Shown here in pieces: positions 50,440-63,069 of a stretch of 64,000 nt of DNA. Origin of the DNA: Mobula birostris (Eukaryota); assembly GCF_030028105.1 (NCBI RefSeq), contig NC_092376.1, positions 132,244,230-132,308,229 on the forward strand, written 5' to 3'. The first letter of the stretch is position 1, and each line of letters opens with the position of its first letter. A program made the translations under genes and the position numbers. The notes beneath the pieces were generated by a model, which was not told the origin of the DNA, did not search any database, and saw nothing but the letters and a program-made list of their open reading frames with translations.

Positions 50440-51725
50440 TCCTCCTGCGTATCTGAGTGGCGTCTACTACAGCCACTTAGGGAAGAAGGCGTAGGAGACG
50501 GCGCATGGTTCAACATATGGTGTAAGTATTTATCTTAAATTTTTTCTTTGTGAGCACAAGACTCTGTTGGACACTAGAAATATAAAATCCAGAAAGTCCT
50601 GTGCATTGGTTTATTGGTGAGACCATCGGCGGGGGAGCTGCATGGCCTCGGTTGTTGTGAGGACCAGGCCCTCACGCCACGGTGACATCTGTTACAGCCA
50701 TCCAGGTGAGGAGGCATCAGAGGTGGTGTGGGAGAGGACAGCAGTCCTGTTGGAATCTGTGCTGCATTGAGGGCTGGTCCCTGCATACAGGCTTTCCCAT
50801 TGGTGCTGCTGTCTAGTGCTCGGACCCCAGAAGACAAGCTAATTTGCTTTTGCTTGTGGCTAAACTAGCGCAAGATAAGGAACTGCTACATACTTGTTCT
50901 TGCAGAAACATGGCTTCAAGAAAATATCCCATGTACCATTAATCCTCAGGCCATGCCACTCACTGTGCTGATAATATTTTTTGTAATTACATATGCTATA
51001 TAGTAACTATATCGTATGCGATATAATCTGAAATCTGGTTCCTAAGGTTATCATAGCTGAGGTGGTAGTGGGAATAAGCTCCAAATGGCATGTGACTCTG
51101 ACAACCTCTGATAACCAAGTCCAACTTTTGGCCTTCACATGTGGCTTAGCTACTAGGCCCAGTGGAACTGTCTCTACTGACAAGAGAAGGGGAAAATGCG
51201 GACCACTGGCGCCTCAAAACCAGTTACTTTGGGCAGGTGGGGCTTGTCAGACTTGGATGGCAGTTCGTCTAGGAGAAGGAATCAACCTCTGCTGCCTTGT
51301 TGCCACACCCATCCATGGGAGAGGCTTCGGGAGTAAACCCCGAGGAAGAAATCCAGAGCCGGAGGTAGTTTGATGTTGTTTACAGCTCCACTCTGGCACC
51401 TGTGCAACGACACTGGTACCAAGTTGTCTCAGTGCTTGCCCTTTCCTTGGACTACATCAGTGACGTGGTGAGGGGGAAGCCTGCTGCATGGCCAATGGCC
51501 GGTTCTTCAAATCTTCCCACCCAGGCTTGCACCCTGGAGAGAACACAGCCCACCAGAAGTGCAAAGCCATGATCCCTGGGATCGACAATTGCCTACTACT
51601 AGTATGCCATATTATAGCTATATGTACTGTATGCTGTGAATTGCACCTTAGCCCTGGGAGTACACGGTTTCGTTCAGCTGTATACACGTGTATGGAGAGT
51701 GACAATTAAACTTGAACGTGAACTT
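50440..51725 (+). mobile_element. Internally deleted Rex1-like element hosting a nested retroposon
   Basis: CpG-containing 5' part, endonuclease remnant LVLAETWL (~50890-50920), and a tail ...GACAATTAAACTTGAAC like 12770-12860. Confidence 0.55.
51037..51601 (+). mobile_element. Short non-coding RTE-type retroposon (family 1, copy B) with HDV-like head and (CTA)n tail
   Basis: Homologous to 34753-35342. Flanked by GTATGCGATAT / GTATGCCATAT (51014-51024 / 51602-51612). Confidence 0.75.
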
Positions 51726-52064
51726 AATTCTATTCCCTGCATTTCACTCAGACCTGATTCTGTTATTGTAATCTTCCTCACAGAAAAATTAATGATAAAC
51801 AATTTTATTTAGCAACTCCTGCTGTAAGTAGCTGCATAAAGATAGAAAATAATTTTGTGCATTAATGCAGTTGTCAAATTCTGCACATTTATTCACTGGT
51901 TACAGAGTGGGTCATTTTGAAGGCAGTCACAGCATTTTTATATAATGTGAAAGTATGAAGTGTGAATGAGCAGTGTAATTCAGGGTCCAAGTTCCAAGAA
52001 TAAATGGATGAATTTAAAATAATACAGCAAGCCTATAGCCTTCATCTCAAGGGATTGGTATATA

Positions 52065-53133
52065 CAGTGGATTCTGGTTAGTTGGGCCATCGGTTAAGCA
52101 GGAAAGCTGCTTATTTGGGACAATTCCTAAAGAACAAAATCTAATTGAGAAAATAGCCAGTATTCCATTCATTTATTGGGATACCATGCTGCTTAATTGG
52201 GACAGGAGGTTGTTGCCAAACTGTTTCTAACTAACGCCAGCTTCACACACTTATGTAGACTTTATACCATGTTTAGAGTGAACAGTTTTTAAATGGTGTC
52301 AATTGAGTGTGTTTCTCATCAAAAAGGAATAATTTTTGTCACTGATAGTTGGCGAGAAATAAGCAGTGAAATGATTCAGAACTATTTTGCTTGCTGCATA
52401 TTCAAGCATTCAAGCTTGGAGATGGCAGAAATGGACAGTTGGAAACTATGAAGAACTTGAAGGTGTCGACAATCATCTCGAATATTATAATAAAAATGAA
52501 GATATGGAGGATGTAATCATGCGTGGGCAATTGGCCAAGTGGTTAAGGCATTGGACTAGCACCCTGAAGGTCGTGAGTTCGAGCCCCAGCCGAGGGAACG
52601 TGTTGTGTCCTAGAACAAGGCACTTAATCACACATTGCACTGTGACGACACCAGTGCCAAGCTGTATGGGTCCTAATGCCCTTCCCTTGGACAACATTGG
52701 TGTCATGGAGAGGGGAGACTTGCAGCATGGGCAACTGCTGGTCTTCCATACAACCTTGCCCAGGCCTGCGCCCTGGAGAGTGAAGACTTTCCAGGCGCAG
52801 ATCCATGGTCTCGCAAGACTAACAGATGCCTTTACTTTTAATCATCAAAGCGTGAAGCCAGTCCATTATCTCCACTAGGTGTGTGCACTGATTTTATTCA
52901 TTTACAGTCAATCAAAAGAACACAGCAGCATACACGAGATGAATTCCTCTGTCATTAACTATTACGAACTAATACAGAGTTTTTTTGTTCTGTAGTAGCA
53001 TTTGTGGTGTTCTAATTTGTTCTGTATTTCATTTATATTCATAATTCATTACTTATTTAATGCCTTTTTAACTATTTCCATGAAACGAAGGCTTAAATAG
53101 GCCAAATGTACTGGTACTGATGTGTCCCAATTA
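52065..53133. mobile_element. Tigger/pogo-like non-autonomous DNA element with nested SINE
   Basis: TA|CAGTGGATTCTGGTTAGTTGGG TIR and partial right TIR TGTCCCAATTAA. Homologous to 59347-60706. Confidence 0.75.
52521..52838 (+). mobile_element. tRNA-headed SINE with RTE-related body
   Basis: A box TGGCCAAGTGG, B box GTTCGAGCC, TSD TAATCAT (52514-52520 / 52839-52845). Confidence 0.9.
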
Positions 53134-53371
53134 ATTAGTATTGGGATCTAATTTCCCTTGCATAAAACAACGTAAAGGTGTATTGTTAAACATCTTTTTC
53201 TTATCAAAGAATGATAAATTTCATCAGAAGATTTTTAATGATCTGAATTGAAGTTTGGGAAAAACTCAGGGAACCCCTGTAGAAATTCTACACCAATGCT
53301 TTCTCAAAGAGAATGTGAAGAATTACCCTCAGATAACCAAAATGTAATCAGTTGCTTAAATAAAAACTCAT

Positions 53372-53563
53372 AGACACAAGAGATTCTGCAAATGCTGGAA
53401 ATCTTGAGCAACACACAGAAAATGCTGGAAAAACTCAGCAGGTCAGGTATCATCTGCGAAGGGCAATAGACAGTCGGTCTCAGCCCAAAGCATCAACTAT
53501 TTATTCCCCTCCACAGTTGCTGCCTGACCTGTTGAGTTCCTCCAGCATTTTCTGTGTGTTGCT
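53372..53563. mobile_element. Penelope-derived foldback
   Basis: Arms GCAACACACAGAAAATGCTGGA...TCCAGCATTTTCTGTGTGTTGC. Confidence 0.85.
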
Positions 53564-53920
53564 TGAGTAGAAAAACAGGCCTGCTTTTGTATAGCCCAAT
53601 GGTTCAAGTATGTTGCATGTCTCCTTTGTCGAATTGACTGCATAGTTGTGATCTTTGTCACCTCAACCTAAGAAGGGTGAGGAAAATATTAGGATTTCTC
53701 TTCTGATTAGTCATTTCTTTCAGCTGTGTGGACAAGAGAAGGGGAGGATAAAGTAGGAAGGGAGGAATTGACTGCTACAGCAAGCAATAATTTTATAATG
53801 TTGTTATTTTATACTTAGTCAATCTGTCCAATATTTGGATGTCTAAACTAAGTTCTGCAGTTCTCCAAGTGGGACTAACAATACCAGTCTCCCAGAAACT
53901 GAAGTCAAGCAGAAAATTCC

Positions 53921-54087
53921 ACAAACATAAGATCTGCTGATGGTTGAAATCCAAAGCAATGTGCACGAAATGATAAAGGAACTCAACAGGTCAGGCAGTA
54001 TTTATGGCTGAATCTTTGACTATTTACTCTTTTCCATAGATGCTGCCTGACCTGCTGAGTTCCTCCAGCATTTTGTTTGTGTTGCTC
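53921..54087. mobile_element. Penelope-derived foldback
   Basis: Arms AGGAACTCAACAGGTCAGGCAG / CTGCCTGACCTGCTGAGTTCCT. Confidence 0.8.
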
Positions 54088-55134
54088 TCATTCAGAAAGT
54101 TACCATTAGTAAATTAGTGTTAGTCATGGGGTCTGGTCAGTTTGTGCAGTAAGTCCCATCGTATTCAGGCTGGTTCATACCATGGGTCCAATTATAGGCA
54201 GGAAAGCAAATAAACTTGGTGGCTTGAGGGGGGATTAATAGTCTTCTCCTTTCTGTTTCACAATCTATACTGTAAAGTCTGTTATAGAGTATCTTGTCAC
54301 CTCTTTTAACTGCCAGGCCTAAATAGCCTATCCACAGGTTTTAACTCAAAGTAATTACATCACCTTAAGAAAAAGTAAATGATTAGTCTTATCTCTTGAG
54401 AACACATGAATTGTCTGGCCCACATTCAGTAAGTGCTTAAAGACAAATTAAGATCAGATTTAAGTATTTTAGTTATTAATTTCCATCGACCTCACACCTT
54501 GCTAAATCTTTGCAAATCATTGTTCATTTCAAGGCCTTGAAAGGGTTCAGAAGACCTTTACTAGAAAAGTACAAAGGATGAGAGTCTTCATTCATATGAA
54601 TGCATATGAAAAGCTGGGATAAATTTGTAGATGTCATCAAACTGAGGAGACAATGGGTTAAAATGCTATGACAAAGCACGTCATAGGCAAATTGGAAAGT
54701 GTTCAATGAGGTTCCATTTTGTAGACATCAGAAACAAAGATCATAAAAATGAGATACATATGCATGCATGCAATAGGTTAGTGGGCAGAATTTTACCTAC
54801 ATAATGGTTACAATATAGAACTTGCTATATAAAGGACTAGTTGAGACAAGAAGGAAATTAATACAAAGAAGGAGAAACAGATGAATTCTCAGAAGGCCAC
54901 CTTATCTTTGGTATAAGTTTATGTCTTTAGAAAAATTACTCAGTGGCCACTATTTTTAGAATCTCTTGTAAAAGGATGCACCAATTTTGTTAAAGTTCTT
55001 CTGGATCTTATTTAATATTTTGCATACTAAACAGTCTGTCCCTGCATAATTAAGTATCCAATCAACAGATGCAAATATATTTACTAATAACACTTTTAAA
55101 ATCAGCCTAAAGCTGGCATAAAAATTCAATTAGT

Positions 55135-56190
55135 AAGTTAGTTTATTATTGCCACAGGTATCAAAGCAGATTGAAAAACTTGTCCTTCATACCGTTGATA
55201 CATATCCATTCAGTACAATAGTGCATTAAGGTATACAAGGTAAATAACAAGAGAATGCAGAAAAAAGTGTTACCATTACAGTGAAAATGTAGTTAGACAA
55301 CAGGGTGCAAAGTCATAACGAGATAGATCAATGAGGTCGAGTGCCCATCTTATCATATCAGAGATACATTCAGTAGTCTTATGGCAGTGAGATAGGAGCT
55401 GTCCTTGAGCCTTTCAGGCTTTGCTATTTTCTGCCAAGTGTAAGGGGGGAGAAGAGAGAATATCAGGATAGGTGGGGTCGTTGATTATTTTGGCTTCTTT
55501 ATTGAGGCAACAAGTAGTGTAGACCAAAGTCATGGAGGGGAGGCTATTTTCCGTGATGTGTTGAGCTGTGTCCACAACACTCTGAGGTTCCTTACAGACA
55601 CAGGCAGGCCAGGCTCCATACCAAGCCATGCTGTATCTAGATAGGATGTTTTATACGATGCATCGATAACAATTAGTGAGGGCCCAAGAGGACATGCTAA
55701 ATTTCTTTAGCCTACTATGGAAGCAAAGGCATTGGTGAGCTTTTTTGGCCATGGCATCTACATGTTTGGAATAAGATAGGCTATTGGTGAAATTCGTTTC
55801 TACGAACTTGAAGCTCCCAACCCCTTCAACCTCAGCACCAGTGATATAAACAATAATTTGTACATAGCCCCCTCTCTTGAAGTCAAAATCCATCTCTTTT
55901 GATTTGCTGACATTGAGGCAAATGTTGTTGTTATGACACCATGACACTAGGCCCTCTTTCTCTATCCTGTACTCTGGCACATTGTCATTTGAGATCTTGT
56001 GGTATTATCTGCACACTTAGTGATGGAGTTGGTACAGAATCTGGCCATGTAGCTGTGAGTCAAAGGCTGAGAATACAACTTTGTGGGGCACCAGTGTTGA
56101 GGATGTTTGTTGCAGAAGTGTCTTTGCTTCCTGATTGTAGTGTTTTCGTCAGGAAATCAAGTATCCTTTCTCAAAGAGAGGGAAGGGAGG
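55135..56190 (-). mobile_element. Rex1/Babar-type LINE 3' portion, degenerate
   Basis: LVSWCHNNNICLNVSKSKEM...KKAHQCLCFHSRLKKF and IINDPTYP. Confidence 0.85.
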
Positions 56191-57379
56191 AGGATTGAGT
56201 TCTTGTTCTAGGATAAAGATACTTGTATAATTCTGGTGGGAGTAGCAATTCTCAATTGCCCCAAATACACCAGCAGAGCAGAGTACATGTAGAGTGTTGC
56301 CTTCAGAGCCAAAGAATAATGCAGGCCCAGATTATCGAGAATGGGGCCTGCAGATATACATACTAGCCTTGTTGCTTATTGCTGCAAAGATGTTGGAGTT
56401 GAGCAAAATGGTTCTGAGCAGCAGTGCCTCAAATGGTTTAAAGTGTGTGGATTGGAACAAGCCTCACACATGAAACCATTCAATGTTTTTAACGGATGGT
56501 AAAGGACCATCTCATGCCTTACCATGGAGCAAAACTGTTAAAATTCAATATTTCTGACTGCTTCTAATATTCAGAAATATTTGAGAAATATTCATATGAA
56601 CAGAAAACAACACAGAATGTTCAGCAATTTATTTTCTTTATCAACCAAAGTCATTAAAAATATAAAAATATCAACTGAAATCATTTTAAAAGACCTCAAT
56701 ATTAAAAAACACATTCAATTAAGACTTGGTTAGAACCTGTAACCTTTTAAATTCTAAACTTGCTTTGCAATCTTACTTTCCATGAGCAACTAAGTGAGGG
56801 TTAAACATGCAGAATCTGGGAGGAGATGCCCTCAAGAAGTGTTAGCATTCTGCCAGGACTACAAGTAAAATCTACCCATTAACTGATATTCTATAAATGT
56901 ATGTTGTATTTATGTGCCTGTATACATGAACTATTGGTTTACAGACCTCACACACCAGAATATAAATTGACTTAATATTGAGAATGTTTCTATCGTTCCC
57001 TTTGCAATAAGGAACTATTCTGTATCCATTTATACCAAATATCCAGCCTAAAATTAAATCCCTTCTTGGGAAAAACAAATCCTTAGAATACATAAAGCAA
57101 TAGACATCAAATTTTGCATTTCATTTTCTGAACCTCCCACACAAACGTATGGTTTGTGAGTAATAAAATGGAAAACTTTGGGAAAAATTCATTATTTTAG
57201 CAGAAGACGTTAATGTCATTGTTCACATGTTTGTGATTGATGTCATTTACCTCTGTAAATATCAGAAATTGGTGTGGAAGAAATGAAAACTGATCATCTT
57301 TCTACAGACATTGTTAATAAATAGAATCTTGGAAATATACAGTGCTGAATCAAATCATTAGGATTATCTTCTCCATTCA

Positions 57380-57842
57380 CAAACAAGAGAAAATCTGCAG
57401 ATGCTGGAAATCCAAGCAACACACACACAAAATGTTGGAGAAACCCAGCAGACCAGGCAGCATCTATGGAAAAAATACACTCGATATTTCGGGCCGAGAC
57501 CCTTCGGCAGGACAGGAGAAAATACTACCACACCTCCCCAAATTTCTATGATCAGATTTTTATTTTTCAAGATCAACTACAAATTTCCTTAAAAGCAAAA
57601 TTAAATTTCAAGGCAAATATTCATTTCAAAGTACATGTATGTCACCATATACAACCTTAAGAGAATTATAACCAAAATAAAATCAATGAAAGCCCACACC
57701 AACTTGTGCATTCAGCCAATATCCACTACTCATAAGTTTTTTCCAGTACTGCCAAAGGGCTTCAGCTCAAAAAGTCAGCTGTATTTTTTTTCCATAAATG
57801 CTGTTTGGCCTGCTGAGTTCCTCCAGCATTTTGTGTGTGTTA
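57380..57842. mobile_element. Two oppositely oriented Penelope termini (57380-57520 minus; 57740-57842 plus) around a Rex1-like tail fragment
   Basis: AAACAAGAGAAAATCTGCAGATGCTGG...TTTCGGGCCGAGACCCTTCGGCAGGAC and its degenerate reverse complement. Confidence 0.75.
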
Positions 57843-57884
57843 CTATCTTGTCTATGCTGGCTTTGATGTCTATCAACTCATTTA

Positions 57885-58585
57885 GACCATAAGGCATAGG
57901 AAAAATTAAGCCATTTGGTCCATCAAGTCTGCTCTGTCATTCAATCATGGCTAATACATTTTTCCCCTCCTCAACCCCATTCCGTGGTTTTCCCCTCTTG
58001 TAACATTTGATGCTGTGTCCAATCAAGAAGCTATCAAGTTCTGCCTTAAATACACCTAATGACCTGGCCTCCACAGCAGGCTGTGGTAAAAAATTCCCCA
58101 AATTCACAACCCTCTGGATAAAGAAATTTCTACACATCTCTGTTTTAAATGGACTCCCTTCCATCCTGAGGCTGTGCCCCCTTGTCATAGACTCCACCAA
58201 CATGGGAAACATCTTTTCCACATCCACTCTGTCTAGGCCTTTCAACATTCGAAAGGTTTCATTGAGATCCCGCTCATCCTTCTGAATTTCAGTGACCCAG
58301 AGCCATCAAACAATCCTGGTATGATAACCCTGAATCAATGAAAGACCACACCAACTTGGGCATTCAAACAGTGTAAAAAAGACAATGAACTGTGCAAATA
58401 CAAAAAAGAAATAAATAATAATAATAAATAAATGAGCAATAAATATCAATAACATGAGATGATGAGTCCTTGAAAGTGAGTCCATAGATTGTGGAAACAG
58501 TTCAGTGATGCAGTAAGTGAAGCTGAGTGAAGTCGAAGAGTAATAACTATTCCTGAACCTGGTGGTGTGAGTCCTGAGTCTCCTG
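57885..58585 (-). mobile_element. CR1 3' end (57885-58330) followed by a Rex1-like tail (58332-58585)
   Basis: ORF 57937..58248 encodes LKGLDRVDVEKMFPM...RNFFIQRVVNLGNFLP. Confidence 0.85.
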
Positions 58586-59346
58586 TCCCAGTATCCATCC
58601 TTTTGAAATATTTTAATGTAAAATGACTAGGAAAACATGAACTATCATAAACAGAGAGCAGAACAAGCCTTTTCCTTTGCATTTATCTGAGGCAGGATCA
58701 CTTCAGTGCTAACAGTTAAGTATTAAAGAACACTTAAGAATTTTCTTTAAAGTCAGAAGGTAAGCTCACTTGCTCACTCTAAAAGCTGTTAGAGGGAGAA
58801 AAATAACAACATGTAAGAAGTGTCTAGAAGAGCATGCACAAAAATATTTCCATCTGGTACATACTGTCATTCTTTCATCTTGGTTAACTGCAGATTAAGG
58901 CAGTGGTGAGGAAGACAAATGCAATGTTAGCATTAACTTCAAGAGAACTACAATATAAAAGTGAGGATGTAATGCTGAGGCTCTGTAAGACATTGGTCAG
59001 ACTGCACTTGAAATATTGTGAGTAGTTCTGGGAAAAGATGTGCTGGTATTGGAGAGGGACCAGAGGAGGCTCACAAGAATGAAAGAGTCAACATATCATG
59101 AGCATTTGATAGCTCTGGGCCTGTACTCACTGGAGTTTAGAAGAATGTGGCAGGATCTCATTGAAACCAATTGAATGTTGAAAGGCTAAGAGAGAGTGAA
59201 TGTGGAGAGGATGTTTTCAGCCTAAGAATAGAGGGACGTCTTTTTAGCACAAAGATTAGGGGGATTTTCTTTAGTCAGAGGGTGCTGAATCTGTGAAATT
59301 CATTGCCACAGATGACTATGGAGGCTGAGTCATTGAATGCACAATA

Positions 59347-60706
59347 CTGTGGATTTCAGTTAATAGGTCTACTGGTTAATCTGTGCAACCGCTTGTTGCG
59401 ACAACTCTTAAAGAACAAAAACTGATCTAGAAAATAACCGAGATACGTTTCATTTATTTGGACACTACGGCACTTAATTGTGACAGGAGACAGCTGCTAA
59501 ACAGTCTCTAACTAATGTCAATCGCGTGATTTTGTGTGGCCATTGGACACTATACCTTGCTTAGAGAGAACAGTTTTAAAACAGTGTACTTGTATATGTG
59601 TTCAAACAGCAGTCATTTTTATCACTGATATTTGGCAAGGAATAAACAGGAAGACAACTTATAATTGTTTTACTGACTGAGGTTTCAAGCATTCAGGCTT
59701 GAAGATACCAGAAATGGCCAGGAGTGAAAATGAAAGAATTTCACTACTTCAACAAGTTTGGACCTATGAAGAATTTGAAGGTATCAACAATCATCTTGAA
59801 TTTTACAATGAAAATGAAGATTTGGAGGATGTAATCATCAAAAGCATTATAGGGAGACATTATATTATCTACACTAGGTGTCTGTGCTAATTTTGTTCAT
59901 TTACATTTAATTAAAAGAACAGCAGCATATTGGTTATCCATCATATTTGAGATTTACAGTGAAACCATGCAGGAGAATTTTTAAAAAGGAAAGGACATTC
60001 TACTTTCTTGACTTCAGAAGGTTGGGTTCAGTGGTATGTGTGGTCATCAAAAATTGGGGTCTTTCTTGGTTGCAGTGGATAACCATACCTTTTTATGTGC
60101 CTAATCATGCCCTTTAATCTCCATGAAGCATTTAAGAAACTCCTGCTTGGCCATTCGATCTCATTGTTGATCTCATCTGTCCAATCCGCTGGAGCTGACT
60201 TCAGATGCCAGGACAGATATGTCCCTATTTCACTAGAGTATGAGGCCTACCGGCTGCCCTCACCTGATTTAGCCCACCTATTGAAGTAATATACTGTGGT
60301 GTGGCTGCTGTCACGTGGAAACAGATATTTGGAGCCACACATGGGAGTTGAGTATCTTGTGGGGACCAAAGGTGAGTGAGCTGCCCCAGAATGGACATGA
60401 CAAGCCCCTTCACTGGAGTGCTACACCTCAGTGAACACCGGATACATGGCCTCGCACACAGGATGATTTCCTCCATCAATAACTAGTAAGAACTAATACA
60501 GTTTTATAGCACTGTATTAGTATTGATAGTGTTCTAATTTTTCCTGTATTTCATTTAAATACATAATTTTATTCACTCAGTTAAATGGTAGTTTGCCTTT
60601 TGTTATAACTTTTTAACTATTCTGTGAAACAGGTTAATTCGGGCAGCCACTTAATTGGTCCAAAATGTACTGGTTGCAGTGTGTGCCAATTAACTGGAAT
60701 CCACTG
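59347..60706. mobile_element. Tigger/pogo-like non-autonomous DNA element, both TIRs, with nested retroposon
   Basis: TA|CTGTGGATTTCAGTTAATAGG ... CCAATTAACTGGAATCCACTG|TA. Confidence 0.8.
59935..60453 (-). mobile_element. Short non-coding RTE-type retroposon (family 3), degenerate, with structured head
   Basis: The segment is absent from the sister DNA element at 52065-53133. The head has an HDV-like helix order (see findings). Confidence 0.55.
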
Positions 60707-61867
60707 TATTTAAAGTGGAGACTATTCGGTTCTGGATTAGTCAGGGTATCAAAAGTTATGGGGAAAAGGCAAGGAAATGGGGTTGAAGGGGATAGTAAAT
60801 CAGCCATGATGGAATGGGAATGGTGGAGCAGACTCAATGAGTCAAATGGCCTAATTCTGCTCCTATGTCTTATAGTCCTATGATATGCCAACATTTGGAC
60901 TTTGGTTCACATGAATGGGCAGGTAGTGGGAAGGCTGAAGAGATTTTCATCAGTCCCATTGCCATTAGTTCCATTCCTCTCTGTAGTCAGTCTCTGAGGC
61001 TGAACCATCTCAATTTCATTCAACTGTACATCATATCAATCACCAAAATGACTTATTTCTATTTTCATAAAACGATCTGTCGCCATTCTGCCTTAGCTCA
61101 TCGATGCACATTTCACATACATGACTTCCAGATTGATTATTCCATGATCTCCTCTCTCTCTTTTTATTTTTTTATTCTTCACAAACTTACACGCAAAACT
61201 TTGTTGCTAGTTCCTACTGCATCATTTCATTCAGCCCAGCTAATGTGCATAGGCCATTGACAAAAAAATACAGGCTGCCAGAGCAACTTGGTGAGTCAAA
61301 TGTATCTGTAGTAGCAAAGTAATACTAATGTTGTTTGCTTCCACATCAGTGCATCTCACACAACAGCACACTCTTTGTTCTTGACATGTAGTGTTTCCAA
61401 ATTTACCTTCATTTGCTCCACAACGGAGCAGCACGGAAGGAACAGACAAAGATAATTATTGCAAACAACTGGTTAAGCAGTGGAAATTAATTTGAGGGTT
61501 TCTAAAATTGTAAGACCTAGATAACATGGATTAGACAGACCTAGCTCCACTTGAACAAGAGGACAGCAACACTGCGTAGATTTTAGGTGATTGACATAAG
61601 AACTAGTCAGAAGTTGAGGACATTTGTTCACATCAGAACACAACAGGACTGGAACTCACTTTTTGTGAAAATGGAAAGGACAGAAATTAAGCAAATGGAT
61701 GAATATTTGAAGTCTCACTATTACAAGCTTTCTGACAGATCTGGAAGTAAGATTAGATTCAATAGCTTTCTCTTGTTTGGCACTGTTCTGATGGCCAAAT
61801 GTTTTATATTTGTGCGAAAGACTTCTTTGATTTTATGAATGTAAATGCTCCTGTGAAAGTTAATGCA

Positions 61868-63022
61868 GACATAAGACCATAAGACATAGGAGCAGAGTGA
61901 GGCCATTTGGCCCATCAAGTCTGCTCCATCATTCAATCATGGCCGATCCTTTATCCCCTCCTCAGCCTTCGTAACCTTTGGAGCCATGTCCAATCAAAAA
62001 CCTATCAAGCTCTGCCTTAAATACACCCAGTGACCTGGCCTCCACAGCTGACTTTGGTAATAAGCTCTACAAATTCATCACCGTCTAGCTAAAGGAATTT
62101 CTCCACATCTCTGTTTTTAATGGATGTCCCTCTATCCTAGGGCTGTGCACTCTTGTTAATGACTCCCCCACCATGGGAAACATGTTTTCCACATCTACTC
62201 TGTTTAGGCCTTGCAACATTCAAAAGGTTTCAATAAGATCCCGCCCTCCTCATCCTTCTAAATTCCATTGAGTAAGACACAGAGCTACCAAACGTTTCTC
62301 ATATGGTAAACTATTCATTCCAGGAAACATCCTTGTGAATCTCTTCTGCACCCTCTCCAAGACCAGCACATTATTTCTTAGATGAGCAGCCCAAAACTGT
62401 TCACAATACACAAGGTTGGACCTCAATGGTGTCTTGTAAAGCCTCAGCATCACATCCCAGCTCTTGTGCTCTAGACCACTTGAAATGAAGGCTAGCATTG
62501 CATTTGCCTTCCTCACCACCGACTCAACCTGCAAGTTAGCCTTTAGGATGTTCTGCACAAGGATTCCCAAGTATCTTTGCATTTCAGATTTTTGGATTTT
62601 CTCTGTTTAGAAAATAGTCTGCACATTTATTTCTACTACCAAAGTGCATAACCATGCATGTTCCAACATTGTATTTCATTTGCCATTCTCTTGCCCATTC
62701 TCCTAATCTGTCTAAATCCTTCTGCAGCCTACCTGCTTCCTCAACACTACCTGCCCCACCACCAATCTTTGTATCATCTGTAAACTTGGCTACAAAACCA
62801 TCTATTCCATCATCTAAATCATTGACGTAAAGCATAAAAAGAAGTGGTCCCAACACTGAATCCCTGCAGATCACCACTAGTCACTGGCAGCCAACCAGAA
62901 AAGGATCCCTTTATTCCCATTCACTGCCTCCTACCAACTAGTCAATGCTCTAACCATATTAGTAACTTTCCTATGATACTATGGGCTCTTAACTTGGTAA
63001 GCAGCCTCATGTGTGGCACCTT
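61868..63022 (-). mobile_element. CR1 LINE RT and 3' end
   Basis: SVLGPLLFMLYVNDLDDG...KFTDDTK, KANAMLAFISSG and tail (CATAAGAC)n. Confidence 0.93.
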
Positions 63023-63069
63023 GAATCTGCTGAGGGCTAGATTGGTGGCACTCACTTTGATGGACAGAA

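Larger units (their letters stand above)
58890..60885 (+). mobile_element. CR1 3' portion split by a Tigger-like element
   Basis: CR1 sequence 58890-59340 resumes at 60708 and ends with the tail CCTATGTCTTATAGTCCTATG. Confidence 0.82.

Noticed and set aside
9190-57842. CRISPR-like or prokaryotic REP-type repeat system from the recurring palindromes
   Set aside because: The repeats are dispersed rather than regularly spaced and are contiguous with Penelope GIY-YIG ORFs. There are no cas or other prokaryotic genes.
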